From NCBI RefSeq assembly GCF_001194135.2, contig NC_068986.1:111386619-111442623 (forward strand): a stretch of 56,005 bases of DNA. Reading direction: 5' to 3'. Position 1 is the stretch's first letter. Each line of letters opens with the position of its first letter. Positions 25,387-39,306 of this stretch are shown here, in pieces. Both the position numbers and the translations under genes were made by a program. The stretch is from Octopus bimaculoides (Eukaryota). Below the pieces are notes generated by a model. It saw nothing but the letters and a program-made list of their open reading frames with translations. It had not been told where the DNA came from and made no database searches.

Positions 25387-26073
25387 CACGATCGGAAAGT
25401 GGAGGAAAAACAAGTGGAAGTGTATCTTTGATGCTACAAAGCCATTATTTAATTAGCTAAGCAAGGTGAATGTACGAGTGAGTTTACAGCTGTTATTGTG
25501 CTTCATATTGAGGTAAATATATATTTACACCGTTGCAAGAGGTAGACGTCCTCAGAAAGAAGAAGGCAGAGATAGAGAAAGACGGGAATTGAGCGAAGGT
25601 AAGAGGGCGGAAACGGGAAAGAAAATGTTCAATGATTCAAAAGTCTTACATTTAGTTGGGTTCAAATTTAATTAAATTCATTGTGAATTAGTTGAAGAAT
25701 AGACGTTGGTTCCATATGAAATCTCGTAGATAGTTATCAGCATGACTTCCTATTCGGCTAGTTGACCGTCGGTGTAAACTGAGGGAGTTATCACTAATTG
25801 GTTAATGAGAACTATGTGTCCCCAACTTAAAGTTTGTTTTCGATTCCTCCCTCTTACCATCGCTCTATTCTCCTCCTTGTCTATCTCTTCCTTCTTCGTT
25901 CTGATGACGTCAACCATTTGCAACCAGGTAAATACATATTTACCTCAACATGGTACACAGTAACAGGCTGTAAACTCATTCTTACCTTCACCTTGCTCAA
26001 CTAATCACATAATGGCTTTTTAGCACCAAAGATTCGCTTCTAATTGTTGTTTTTCCTCCATTTTCTGATCGTC
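25387..26073. mobile_element. Large fold-back / MITE-like element (~240-bp inverted arms)
   Basis: CACGATCGGAAAGTGGAGGAAAAACAA...AGCAAGGTGAA...GAGTTTACAGC...TTGAGGTAAATAT is mirrored in the reverse complement of 25830-26073. Confidence 0.8.
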
Positions 26074-26338
26074 TATATATACATTAAACTACGGTTTACC
26101 TTTTTAAATTACCTCCTGCTGTATACCTTATACCCTTATACCGAGGCCCATACTTACGGAGGTAATTACAAGGAGTGTCTCTGGATACTTCTATTCCTTA
26201 GAGGGTTTAACACCTCTAACGTATACCTTATAAACACACACACACACACACATATAAATATATATACATATCTAAATATGTATATATACATGTATACATA
26301 CACACACATATATATATACATATATGTATATATGTATA

Positions 26339-26385
<47 letters not shown>

Positions 26386-26689
26386 ACGTATATATATGAA
26401 TATGTATATAAATGTATATATATAAGTATAATTATGAACTTTCAAAATTTAACATTGTTTCTTCGTTAGAAAGCAGTTTTTCCTTTCAAGAATATTTTTT
26501 CAAAGTTGAAACTTTTCGAGAACTTAGATACTTGCATACATGTATGCATATATACATACATAATTCATGCCAATGTTGTCAATTGTATTGTGAACGTCGC
26601 AAAGTATCTCATTGGTTCCCAGATATAGAGATGTACCGATATTACCTGCTGCTTCTTTGCTAAAAACTTGAAACTCTATGCCCGGAATA

Positions 26690-26765
26690 TCCGTGAAATA
26701 CAAAACGTTTGGAGTGCCCAAGCATGGCCACAGTTTATTGACTGAAACAAGTAAATAAGAAATAA
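26690..26765 (-). mobile_element. SINE family A, 5-prime fragment
   Basis: TTATTTACTTGTTTCAGTCAATAAACTGTGGCCATGCTTGG on the minus strand. Confidence 0.55.
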
Positions 26766-27169
26766 GAATACAACATTCTGAAATGATATAATGTTCAGAA
26801 TAAATATTCCTCTATGGGTGTATAACGGCGGAAACGGTAAACCAAACTAGTAACATCTGCATTAATGACTTGTCCGGTTCTCCTATACCTGAAGGGAACC
26901 CTTACGGATACCTACGATCAGATGAGTATTTGTCCTACGATGGAACTTGTATCTTCCTATATATATTGCAAATGTTTTTTACTCTGTATTCTGAATAAAC
27001 TGCTTGTCAGTAATATTTGATGGCTGGCTTACAGGAAGAAAGAGGTATGAGAGCTTTATGTCTGACTCTCACTGATTAAGAAACCTAGAGTATTACGCTG
27101 TTTTAAGGTTTAATTCTGTGTTGCTAATGTTTACATATCTATAATAATATATGACTAAATATTCTTTTC

Positions 27170-27380
27170 TTTTCCACTCTAGGCACAAGGCTCGGAATTT
27201 TGTGGGAGGGGGCTTGTGGATTATATCGATCCCGGTACGCAATTCGTACTTAATTTATCGACCCCGAAAGGATGAAAGTCGTCCCCGATGGAATTTGAAC
27301 TCAGAACATAAAGACAGACGAAATACCTCTAAGCATTTCTCCCGGCGAGCTAAAGATTATGCCAGCTCGTCGCCTTATAC
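27170..27380 (+). mobile_element. SINE-like repeat, family B (longest copy)
   Basis: GGCACAAGGC...TTATATCGATCCC...TTATCGACCCCGAAAGGATGAAAG...GGAATTTGAACTCAGAACATAAAGAC...GCCAGCTCGTCGCCTTA. Confidence 0.75.
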
Positions 27381-29695
27381 ATGACAAAATATTGATTCTC
27401 TGTTGTGTGTAGTAATTTTACAGTTAAGAGTGACAAATTTGTTGAGTTCACCAGCAAGAATGTTTCCCAGATATTCTTGTGCAGAAGTGAAATTTTGACA
27501 AGATATCTATATTTGATGCATTAGAGCCTGCGCGTGAGCCACTAAGGAGAGGTGACAGTTGATGTCATCTATATACATCGCCTATATATGTGCAGTGTGT
27601 AAGAGCAGAATTTCATCTTACAAAATGCATTTTGCGGACTGCATAATGTAACATTTTAAATTAATCATTTTGCTTCCCTACATAGATATTGACAGGCACT
27701 ATTATGTAAGACTATAAATCAAATGCATCATAAAGTACAAAACAATTGTATATATACTCCGTAAGACCTCGCGGAGGTATCGAGCAAAGAAATCAACTGG
27801 CTGGTCTATCATAATTAGTGGAGTATGAAGAGATTCTACTTTGATGGACATCCAGATCAAGGATTCGGAGCAAGCATCATTTCATGTGCAGTACTCTTCT
27901 TCAGTAACACTTGATTGGTAGAATGTATCACACTTTTCGTGTACTTGTCTGGGTGGTGTACGAACTATATGTGCATCGTCCTTTATCCCATGATTAAGGC
28001 ATACGCAATATACAAAACAACACAAACATTAGAAAGAATAATATTATATACTAACACTACGTAGTACTATTAAATGTTTCACAAGCACTCAAAGCATAAA
28101 GGCAACCTTTCTGTCGATACATCGCCAAAAACAAAGTTGAATTTTTAAAAAAATTCTTCAACTCTAAATCCATGTTCAAAATCTTGACCATGTTCAACGC
28201 TGAGGTATTGGTCAAAAATTGCTCGCCACGGAATTCATTTACCATTATCTCCAATAGTAAGTGCTTAAACTACAAGTATTTCTTTTTTCTAAAATAACTA
28301 AATCTCAACAACGTAATCTACACCTATACAAATAGTCATCATTCTAAGAGATTCAGCACAAACGTAAATATATTATATCATTTTCAAAATAGAAACTGTT
28401 GAATCTATTAACAGTTTTAAGTGTTGCGATTCGAACGCTCATTGTGTTACAACTTTACCCTTTTTAATTCCGACACTAAAACGACTCAAGATATTCCATA
28501 TATTTTCAGTGGCTAACACAAAAACGACTACATTTTCTAAATTGTTTCTCATCAAATTTTACTTTTTATCTTATAAAGTATTTCTATTCACTTCATAATC
28601 TTTAAAAGTAACGATATACTACTGTTATCATGCATAGGAAAATTGACATTCAATATGGCGGATGTGTTGTTATTTGCATAAAAGAGAGAATAAAATAAAT
28701 TAATGGAATTGATAACCATTCCCTCGTGTATAAATTCTTGAACGTTAAAACATACCCTATTGTGCTGTTGATTTCTTTTTTAACCCTCCTTATGAGTAGG
28801 GATCACCTCTAATGGCTTATCACGATGCTTGTTAAAGACTGCATGATGCCATCTTTCTATAACAAGATTAGTTTATGATTAGTACTTCGATGTTTTCCCC
28901 CATGTGGCCACCTATCGAGAGACCAGTTGGATTTGACATTGCTTAAGTACATTAATGTAATGGCTATTTAATATTTAGAGAATATAGATGGCAGTCTGGA
29001 AATAGTAAATGTGTGGCAGAATGAAAGCATAAAAGAAAGTTTGAAAGAAAAAACAGAGAGAAGAGAATGTAAATATGTAAGATTGAAAGGAAGAGAAGAA
29101 CGAAAGTAGAAAAAAATTACGAAACTGAAATAATATAATATTGATGATAAGGCAAGTAAGAAATGCAGGGGTTAAAATAAAAGGATATCATGGTAAAGAT
29201 GGGGTGGAATAATGGATGAGGAAAAAGAAAATACAGGAGGAAAGGGGTGTAAACAATTAGAAACAAACGAAGGGGCAGCAATGAAATTACTTCTGAAATA
29301 ACTATGTGTAATCTGACAGAAGACAAAATGGTGAAGTAGTTCTGTTATATATTTAGTTCATTGTATTCATTTTTTAGAAGAAGAAAAACACATTTACATG
29401 GCTTTAGAGTATAAATAAAAATACAATATAGAATGAAGAAATGCTGCAATAAGGTACATCTGAAATGTTGTCATAGGAACGAATATTTTACGTGAAATGT
29501 CCACAATAATTATTGTATATGGAAACGTTGAGTAATCTCCAGAGGTTGATCGTGTAAAGCTAAGAATATATTTGGAACCAAAATGGATAAAATACAATGA
29601 AATAATGATTTAAAACGACGAGGCTGTGCGTGTATCAAACATAAACGAAAGACACCTACACACATGTACAAATGAATGCACATACACCCAGCATA

Positions 29696-29739
<44 letters not shown>

Positions 29740-30283
29740 NNNNNNNNNNNNNNNNNNNNNNNNNNNNNNNNNNNNNNNNNNNNNNNNNNNNNNNNNNNNN
29801 NNNNNNNNNNNNNNNNNNNNNNNNNNNNNNNNNNNNNNNNNNNNNNNNNNNNNNNNNNNNNNNNNNNNNNNNNNNNNNNNNNNNNNNNNNNNNNNNNNNN
29901 NNNNNNNNNNNNNNNNNNNNNNNNNNNNNNNNNNNNNNNNNNNNNNNNNNNNNNNNNNNNNNNNNNNNNNNNNNNNNNNNNNNNNNNNNNNNNNNNNNNN
30001 NNNNNNNNNNNNNNNNNNNNNNNNNNNNNNNNNNNNNNNNNNNNNNNNNNNNNNNNNNNNNNNNNNNNNNNNNNNNNNNNNNNNNNNNNNNNNNNNNNNN
30101 NNNNNNNNNNNNNNNNNNNNNNNNNNNNNNNNNNNNNNNNNNNNNNNNNNNNNNNNNNNNNNNNNNNNNNNNNNNNNNNNNNNNNNNNNNNNNNNNNNNN
30201 NNNNNNNNNNNNNTATATATATATATATATATATATATGTCTGTGTGTGTGTGTGTTATACGCACATATATTTTACATATACA

Positions 30284-30315
<32 letters not shown>

Positions 30316-31064
30316 CGTGTGTATCTGAGTATACGTGTGCTTCCAGAGAATATATATAATGAGCTTGTGAAACTATCAGCAAGTGGAGAATCAGAGAATT
30401 GGAGAGGTTTTACAACTGGCAGTCAGGATAACTCACAAAATCCTTCGAAAAGAAAACAATTCGATAAAGATAAATCTAATGTTGTTATGTGCATTGTATT
30501 TAGGAGAAGAAATACGTGAGGGGTAATGTGTACATAACAGCAATATAATGTAGAGGTGAACGTAGAGGAAATATCAGAACGAATATAACACAACAAATCT
30601 AAAATGGAATCTCGAAGAATGGCGAGGTGGTTAAGAAAATGGATATATAATGAAAGCACAGATATATAATCAGTTACACAAGCAAACAACATATACACAA
30701 GCATACACATGTGCTCGAATGCAGACACATACACAAAGGCACTCGTGCTGTTTATTCAAAATTACACACAAGAACATATATACACCCATAATTCCAAGAC
30801 AACAACATTTAAACGGAAACTGAAATATATACAAAAACATACACGTACAACTTCTCCACCTACAAACACACACAGCCATACAGACACACGCACACATTGA
30901 CAAACTCACACACCCATACTCACACACACAAGCACACACACACTCGCACGCATACAAGGAAGCCAGCTCGTATAAATACGCAAGGATGCCTACACAAACT
31001 CATGACACAATAAGCCACTAACACATGCACAAATTATTTAAGGCAAGCAGAATCATATCCGGTC

Positions 31065-31310
<246 letters not shown>

Positions 31311-32593
31311 AAGAGGGAGAATATATAGAGTTACTCCTGAAAGCCTCTCACACGAGAATATGCCTACATGCAATCACGGTAATGCATCTGGCTCCGAAAC
31401 TGCACGAATTGGAATCAAATGCCTTATTAGTGAATGATTATTTGAAATAAACTATGCGCATGACATCTTTCAGAAACTGTGAGAATCAGAACATTGCTGC
31501 ACTGCCTAAACACAATCGGTTGTGGACGAAGCTGTAAACGGTGACTCCAAGTGGGAGCTTTTAGCGGAATCTGAGTTCACTAATGCAGAAATTGACCTCT
31601 GCTTAGTGGTGGAGTGAGGGAAACTAAGATCCCCATCACATTGGGGAAATGTCCAAATGCCAAAGCTAAATCGTTTACATCTAGTTTACCGCATTAGAAG
31701 CATTTCTTAAATAGTGGCCTGAACTCCAATGTGAAGTCGATAACAGCATTCATTCCATGAGTCCGGCACACTCGGTGCTCATATATTCTTTAATTAATTC
31801 TTGAATTTCTGCCTTATATTTTCTCGTCCTACAAGAATAATTCTTTGGTGCCCAACAACGAGTTACGGCCCCTTTATTATCAATTCTTCATGAGTATCAT
31901 GTTTTGTGCTTTCTTTTTTCATTGCATATTCCGAAAAGACATTCACTCTGAAATTCTCTCCTAGCTTTATAGAAAAATGCATATATGAATTGTTAGCACG
32001 TGCCAGCGTTTATATGTGTTTATATAGAGATCCGTCTGCGCATATCTTTCGAGTAATGTGATATGTTTGTTGAAACCCAGGGGTGTCTCAAAGTAGGTGA
32101 ATTCATCAACGTAGATGGAAAACAGAGAATATAGGAGAATAATTCACCGACGATTCTTGAAACCGAGCCATTTTATGTGGCAGACATAATAAAACTTATG
32201 AATTAATGTATATTTCAACATACATGAAAGATTTCTTTTGTGGAATTGTCACTTTGACACTGTTGCTAGTTAATATCCAGAATATTTTAAGGAAACGTAA
32301 AAGAACAGCGCTTTATCCTTGTCTTAATATTAGCGCTGTTACTACTTCATTCTAATGAAATAGTATTTTCGGTTGTAAAGACTTGTGCAATATTTATCGC
32401 TTTTTATTTCACGTTCAAGCTTTTTTGTTTAAGTTTGAATTCATTCTAATGTGAAAAGTAAGTTTCAAACCTTCAGCTCAGACAACGATATTTGCTTACA
32501 AATGCCTGTTATATATGCAGGCATATTCCCATATAATATTACCAAATGTGGCTCTGATTATGTGGGAATGGTTACTAATCAAAGTAAGATGCG

Positions 32594-32627
<34 letters not shown>

Positions 32628-33099
32628 NNNNNNNNNNNNNNNNNNNNNNNNNNNNNNNNNNNNNNNNNNNNNNNNNNNNNNNNNNNNNNNNNNNNNNNNN
32701 NNNNNNNNNNNNNNNNNNNNNNNNNNNNTGTATGCATGTATGTATATATATATTCAGAATATTACAAATACGGAATCTCTACACCAGCCTCACATATAGT
32801 TTTTCTTCTTTTGTTTTTATTCTGAATAAATAATATTTTTAGCTTCCGTCATTGAATGACGAATTTATACAAACCGACAAAATATGTAGATATGTATTTT
32901 CAAGTATGTTTTGTAGTCATTGCAACCAAGTAACCATCACAATCCAGAAATACTAATATAAAATATTGAACAAATGCACAAAATACATTTTCCTTATGGT
33001 TTATTATGTTAAAATGCATTCCTTGATATTCTGTCATATCAACATATATGAGGTAAATCCAAAGAGAAATCGAAATTTTTGTTACCATTTGCAGATATC

Positions 33100-33600
33100 G
33101 TTTCCCACCTTTTATGCTGTAGGAATTTGGTAAAGATCTCTTATTTTTAAATTCTAGAGGGATGTTATATACTTGTCTTACTTTTGAATTATAGCGGGAT
33201 GATATATACCTGTCGACCGACCATTAAGATTTAGACATGATCAGTCCTTTCCTTAGGTTGTGTTTTCCATGCCAAGTTCCAATGTATTGCCTTCACAGGG
33301 AAGGCATATTGTTTAAATGTTATACTTCTGATAAATAAATTTTACAAATGCTTCTTGAGGAGACATCTGTAGCTTTTATTTTAGCTTTTATTTTATCTAT
33401 CTTAATTATGTTGTTGATTTCATGGTCACAATGATAGGCAAAATAGTTGTTGGTGTCTTTTCTCTACTGTCGATGTTTTTTGGGTGGACCAAATCAATAA
33501 AAATTTGTAATCAATACAAATTTGACACCACGGCCACCATTCTTGCGTAGGACGTATAGCCTGTCTATCTCTCTATTGATGCTAGAGATTCCTGTAATCC
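33100..33600 (-). mobile_element. Penelope-like GIY-YIG remnant (degenerate)
   Basis: SSRSICKIYL...RQYIGTW...NLRKGLI resembles the VYKI..C...YIGxT.R.L..R pattern. Confidence 0.5.
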
Positions 33601-33934
33601 CGAGAAGTTTGCAAGTGCAAACATGTATTTAATTGATTCTTGTAGTGACAAGTTCAGAAGTTTAAACGTGGGCGTGAGGACATTCACTGGAAAGGTGTTG
33701 TGGGAAATATGTTTGTTGAGACCTGTAACTTCTGATAACAATAAAACATACTATAGAACAAAACTAATCTTCCATTTAATACCACTAAACCACATACACC
33801 CCATACACCTTTCACATTACAGATCTAGATCTACCCTAATTACACCAAATCCAGAACTACTTACCTACCTTACAAATAATCTTTTTACTCAGGGACTAGT
33901 AGACCTGACACCGTTCAGTGTTCGGTGTGCATCC

Positions 33935-33974
33935 AAAGCGATGAATAATAATATTACGAAACCGGTATGCTTTT
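33935..33974 (+). ncRNA. Degenerate hammerhead motif
   Basis: AAAGC-GATGA-ATAATAATATTAC-GAAA-CCGG-TA-TGCTTT: stem I AAAGC/GCTTT, palindromic ACCGGU stem III and GUA site. The CU of the core is missing. Confidence 0.5.
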
Positions 33975-34254
33975 AAATATCATTAACAACTCACAATCAT
34001 GACTTTTATTGTTCTTATTCCTACCCCAGCTCATCTAATTGTATATATCTATCGTTACTTTTCATAAAAATAAGTCTTTACTTTTTTGAATTCTAATGGG
34101 CATTTTCGCTTCCTTTTCGTCTTACCTTCCCCTTACATTTCCACGTGTAGTTTCTATATTGCTTTTGTAACATATCTCTATTATATATANNNNNNNNNNN
34201 NNNNNNNNNNNNNNNNNNNNNNNNNNNNNNNATATATATATATATACACACATA

Positions 34255-34420
34255 GGCGCACGAGTAGCTGTGTGGTACGAAACTTTCTTCCCAAACAGGT
34301 GGTTACGGGTTCAATCCCACTGCGTGTCACTTTGGGCAACTGTCTTCTACAATAACCTAGGATCGGCGAAAGGCTTGTGAGTGGGTTTGTTAGATGGAAT
34401 CTGAAAAAGCCCGTCGTATA
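34255..34420 (+). mobile_element. tRNA-derived SINE, family D
   Basis: A box TAGCTGTGTGG (34265-34275), B box GGTTCAATCCC (34308-34318), body CACTTTGGGCAACTGTCTTCTAC, ending AAAGCCCGTCGTATA. Confidence 0.8.
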
Positions 34421-34489
34421 CACCCACACTCACATACATATAGATCAAAGCAGTCTGATTCACATTCCTTATTACACTTGAGTTTCAAG

Positions 34490-35500
34490 CGTGATAGTAG
34501 TTGTCAGCCGACCTGGTTGGGTTACGCCTCTTGTATTCCCTCAAGAGACGTACGCACTCACATAGGTCAGACCTTTATAGGAACTACGGCATGGCTATCT
34601 TAAGCGATATGAAAGGCCACATCATTAACAGGTTGAGGTAGAACTTGATAAAAATTGTTAAAGATTTCGGGCTGTCCATAACGGTTACCATCAACGTGAC
34701 TACCATCGATTTCTTCGATGTAACCTTATACCTCAGTACCGGAAAATTTACCCGTACAGGCAACCTAACTAGGAAACAGCATACATCCACAAGAGCTAAA
34801 ACCATCCCGTCAATGTAATTAGAGACCTGGATCCGCCTTTGGGAAGCTCACCTATGTGTACAATCCCCAAATTCCCTATCCTCAACCTAAAAGGAATAGG
34901 AGATGGAAAAATATATGGTGTAACCCCATCATTTATTCTAGAAGTTTCCACCAACGTAGCTAGGGGCCTACTGTTGTTAATTAAGAGACATTTCCCTAGG
35001 GGCCATAAGTATTACAAACTCTTCACCCTAATGATATCAAGATGAGCTACTCCTGCTTAGACAATATCACATTTAACATCGCACGCATCAACAGATGTAA
35101 AAATACACTAACACCATCCCAATCGCAACCTACAGCGTCCGAACCCCCTACCATGTTCTCTGTAGAAGGATCATGTCTCTCAAGGGCCGTAGTATACAGA
35201 GCCACCCTCAAACCACCCGATGGCATTAATAGGCACCGTAAGAGTATGACAGCTAATGACTTCAAGGGAAGATAGTCTTAGCATATGCATTCATTCAGAT
35301 CTACTTCTGTCTTGTTTCTCTGGAGACTCCATGATGTCCGTGATGATATACCCAGAATTAAGGGGACTATTGTCGACATAGCACCACCACATTCACCCGG
35401 TGCTCCTAACCTCCAGCTCTGCCTCTGCGAAAAACTACATATCCTCCAGCAACCCGCAGTATCCATCAACAATAAAAACTATTTATCGTATTGCTGTCAC
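34490..35500 (+). mobile_element. Penelope-like element: RT thumb plus GIY-YIG (degenerate)
   Basis: FGLSITVTINVTTIDFFDVTLYLSTGKF, YIHKS.NHP, KRHFPRGHKYYKLF, SYSCLDNI, CLSRAVVYRATL, MTANDFKGR and LCLCEKLHIL in the canonical order. Confidence 0.85.
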
Positions 35501-36072
35501 CAGAGACATGTCCTTCTGGAACATTTCAGGCCTCTAACGGTCCTCAACCCGGATATACCTCCTTAGCACTAGCTGCACCACCTGCACCAAGGTCACCACT
35601 ACCAACCAACCGCATGAGCTGGACTGCCATTTACCAATCTCCAACGCATGTCAATGCCCAACGCTTGTTTTGCGCGTGTATTGTCGTGCACATGCGCGTG
35701 TGAAAGCAGATGTGCACGCACATGTCTGTGTGCGTGCACCCTGGTATGCACGAGTACATGTAAGCGAATATATATATGTACATATGAATGAATACGCCTG
35801 TGTATGTATGTGTGTATTTGTGTGTATATGTGTGTATGCGTAAGTGTATGTGTGTGTGTGTGTGTGTGTGCATTTGTCCGACTGATAGCGGTGTTTCCGC
35901 ATGACCGCAATAGAATACCTGCTATAAGTAAAAAAATAACAGAAAAATAAAACAATACATGCATGTATAAATGAATGTGTGTATACATATACACGGAAGT
36001 AAACTCGAATTGGAAATGAATCTTCTCGCTGTAATCTTTCGATTTGTTATAACTGCAATCTTTCCCACTCAC

Positions 36073-36106
36073 CAGAATGACATCTTCGCTGAAATATTCC
36101 TTGTGT
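36073..36106 (-). other. Candidate small exon (34 nt)
   Basis: Acceptor TTTTCTTTTATTTCCGAAGGTTTTACAG and donor CTG|GTGAGT; all three frames open. Confidence 0.35.
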
Positions 36107-36363
36107 CTGTAAAACCTTCGGAAATAAAAGAAAATGCTATTTAGCCTTATTGTAGTCGTATATAAAGATTCTATTTAGAAATTAGTGCGGTTTATCTCCT
36201 TGTATTTCCTTCGCTATCGACTATACTTGGCTTCTTCCTTCACAGATTTTAGAATTCTTATATTTTGCACACATAGTACTCTCTAACGTCATGACAATCC
36301 GTATTTATTAGCAACGGGAGAGACCGAAGAAGAGCAAATAAACGACCAGTGTCCATCAGCGAC

Positions 36364-36504
36364 TATAAAAGCAGGGACTGAGTCGGTTGACATAGGTCTT
36401 AAGCCACCCGATAAACAGAATCATCTACTAATCCACAGGGACAACGGAGGAAGAAGTGTTTCATGATGAACTTGTAACTGGCAATCGGCAGAGAGCAATT
36501 GCTG
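36364..36504 (+). other. TATAAAAG plus candidate exon 36439-36504 (66 nt)
   Basis: TATAAAA at 36364-36370; CCACAG|G and CTG|GTAAGC; phase-1 frame TTEEEVFHDELVTGNRQRAIA is open. Confidence 0.25.
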
Positions 36505-37864
36505 GTAAGCTTACAAGAGAAAGATCTACTGAGAATGCTTGTTGACTGATCCAGCAGGAGTGCGTTCACTGCTTCTTGTGTCACTCCACACTAGAGGAAA
36601 TCAGTTTGCATGCTTTCCATATTGAGCAATAAAATGATCTTAGACCTCTTCAGCAGATATCGACCATTTATGTTACACATACAAAATATGACCGCGGAGA
36701 TGTCTTTCATGTTTTTCATTGTTTTACCAACACAGAATTTACATAAGACGTTGTATTGAGACGACTGCTTCCTTGGTGTCCATCGTATAAAAAGCTTATC
36801 CGTAACGTATACTACAAAAGTATAGCTTGCAAGGCCGAATCCATTTTCGACTTTGACGGTTCTCTCCACATATTTAGCATTGTTGTTGTTGTATTCATCA
36901 TCAGAATCGTCCTTATTCTCATTGTTGTGGTGGTTCTTGTTGGTGTTGTTGTCCTTGCTATTTTTCATGTTATTTATCCCTAGGTTAACTATGATCGACA
37001 GAACTTACGATCGCATGCGATCAATAGCAATATCCGTAAGAATACGTTGTTGTATATATATATATATNNNNNNNNNNNNNNNNNNNNNNNNNNNNNNNNN
37101 NNNNNNNNNNNNNNNNNNNNNNNNNNNNNNNNNNNNNNNNNNNNNNNNNNNNNNNNNNNNNNNNNNNNNNNNNNNNNNNNNNNNNNNNNNNNNNNNNNNN
37201 NNNNNNNNNNNNNNNNNNNNNNNNNNNNNNNNNNNNNNNNNNNNNNNNNNNNNNNNNNNNNNNNNNNNNNNNNNNNNNNNNNNNNNNNNNNNNNNNNNNN
37301 NNNNNNNNNNNNNNNNNNNNNNNNNNNNNNNNNNNNNNNNNNNNNNNNNNNNNNNNNNNNNNNNNNNNNNNNNNNNNNNNNNNNNNNNNNNNNNNNNNNN
37401 NNNNNNNNNNNNNNNNNNNNNNNNNNNNNNNNNNNNNNNNNNNNNNNNNNNNNNNNNNNNNNNNNNNNNNNNNNNNNNNNNNNNNNNNNNNNNNNNNNNN
37501 NNNNNNNNNNNNNNNNNNNNNNNNNNNNNNNNNNNNNNNNNNNNNNNNNNNNNNNNNNNNNNNNNNNNNNNNNNNNNNNNNNNNNNNNNNNNNNNNNNNN
37601 NNNNNNNNNNNNNNNNNNNNNNNNNNNNNNNNNNNNNNNNNNNNNNNNNNNNNNNNNNNNNNNNNNNNNNNNNNNNNNNNNNNNNNNNNNNNNNNNNNNN
37701 NNNNNNNNNNNNNNNNNNNNNNNNNNNNNNNNNNNNNNNNNNNNNNNNNNNNNNNNNNNNNNNNNNNNNNNNNNNNNNNNNNNNNNNNNNNNNNNNNNNN
37801 NNNNNNNNNNNNNNNNNNNNNNNNNNNNNNNNNNNNNNNNNNNNNNNNNNNNNNNNNNNNNNNN

Positions 37865-37897
<33 letters not shown>

Positions 37898-38167
37898 CTG
37901 TGTGTGTGTATGTTTGTGTCTGTGTTCCTTTTTCAATCGATCCCATGTTCCAAAGCTGCTATGGTACGAAGACAAAGATTTGCTTTTGAATAACTAGAAA
38001 AAAGAGCCGCAAAAAGTTAAAATACCGAGCTCTCGATTGTCACCTGCTTAAATGAAATTCTTAATATGTATGTATGTATGCATGTATGTATGTATTATGT
38101 ATGTATGTATGTATGCATCAATGTACGTACGTGTGTATGTATGTATGTATTTATATATGTATTTATG

Positions 38168-39075
38168 TATCAGGTTGGTGCAAAGATAATGGCCGAGTTT
38201 TTAGAAAACAGTTTTAGATAGCATTTTTTAAAAAATGTGCCTCTTGCAATGTTTTAAGAATGTTACAATGAGTTATTTATACCTTTTTTTTATCAGATTT
38301 TGATTGCATTGTCTCTAATCTTCTGCTTTATTCGCACCATGTTCGTCCCATCTCAAGATCACCATATACATATCTTAGTTTATGAGTTTTATAGAGGTGT
38401 CATTGAAAGCAGAGCTGCAATGTGTCTTCAGAGAGCTTTGGGGATGATGTGAAAGAGATGTTGCACGAGATGATTTTCTCGCTTTAGAAGACGGGATTTG
38501 AATTTGAAAGACGAACCAAAAGAAGGTCGTTCAAAAGAACTTGATTCTGAAGAGTTGGAAGCTGTTGTCACAGAAAATCTAACCGCTTCGTGTAGAGAAC
38601 TTGCAGAACAGCTTAACGTAGCCCATAAAACTGTTCTACGGCGACTGCAAAGGATCGGAAAGGTTTCTGGGTTTGGAAAATTGGTCCCGCACGAACTCTC
38701 TCAAGACACTCTGTAACAGCGTGTTGTTTGTTATTCGTCATTACCTTCACGACACTTTAAGGAACCATTTTTTAGGAAGGCTTGATACAAGTGATGAGAA
38801 GTGGATTATTTATCATAACGTTAAACGCGGACGATCGTGGATCAGTCGAGGAGGAAGGCCTGCTCAACAAACAGGACAAAGATTCCACCCACAGAAGGTC
38901 CATGCCGAGTGTGTGGTAGGATATTCAAGGAATTGTCCTTTACGAACTGTTAGACAACAATCAAACAATTACTGCTAATTTCTACTGCAATGAACTTTAA
39001 GTTTGGAAAGCTGCTTTGAACAGAAAGTGTCTCATCTTCCACCATGATAATGCACGTCCTTACAGAGCTCCACTG
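38168..39075 (+). mobile_element. Mariner transposon, 3-prime truncated by a SINE
   Basis: TA-TCAGGTTGGTGCAAAGATAATGGCCGAG TIR; LNLKDEPKEGRSKELDSEEL, LVPHELS, TSDEKWIIY (~38787-38810), HPQKV and HHDNARP (~39040-39060). Confidence 0.9.
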
Positions 39076-39114
39076 ACACACGATATATATTGTTTCAATC
39101 ATAGAGACATGAAA

Positions 39115-39275
39115 ATAGCCTATTCCATAGCCATGCTGTAGCACGGCATTTATTCGAACAAATCGACACCAGGACACATTCTTTATAGGACTAGTAATTA
39201 TTCTGTCGGTCAAAACACCAAACTTGGTCGTTCGGTAACGGAATGGTGGGGAACACAGGCACTCACACAAAAATG

Positions 39276-39290
<15 letters not shown>
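39115..39290 (+). mobile_element. SINE family A
   Basis: GCCATGCTGTAGCAC...GAACAAATCGACACCAG...GAATGGTGGGGAACACAG followed by a (CA)n tail. Confidence 0.65.

Positions 39291-39306
<16 letters not shown>

Noticed and set aside
26819-27033. Solo LTR (TGTA...TACA with TATA-like and AATAAA motifs)
   Set aside because: No matching target-site duplication and no second copy in the window.
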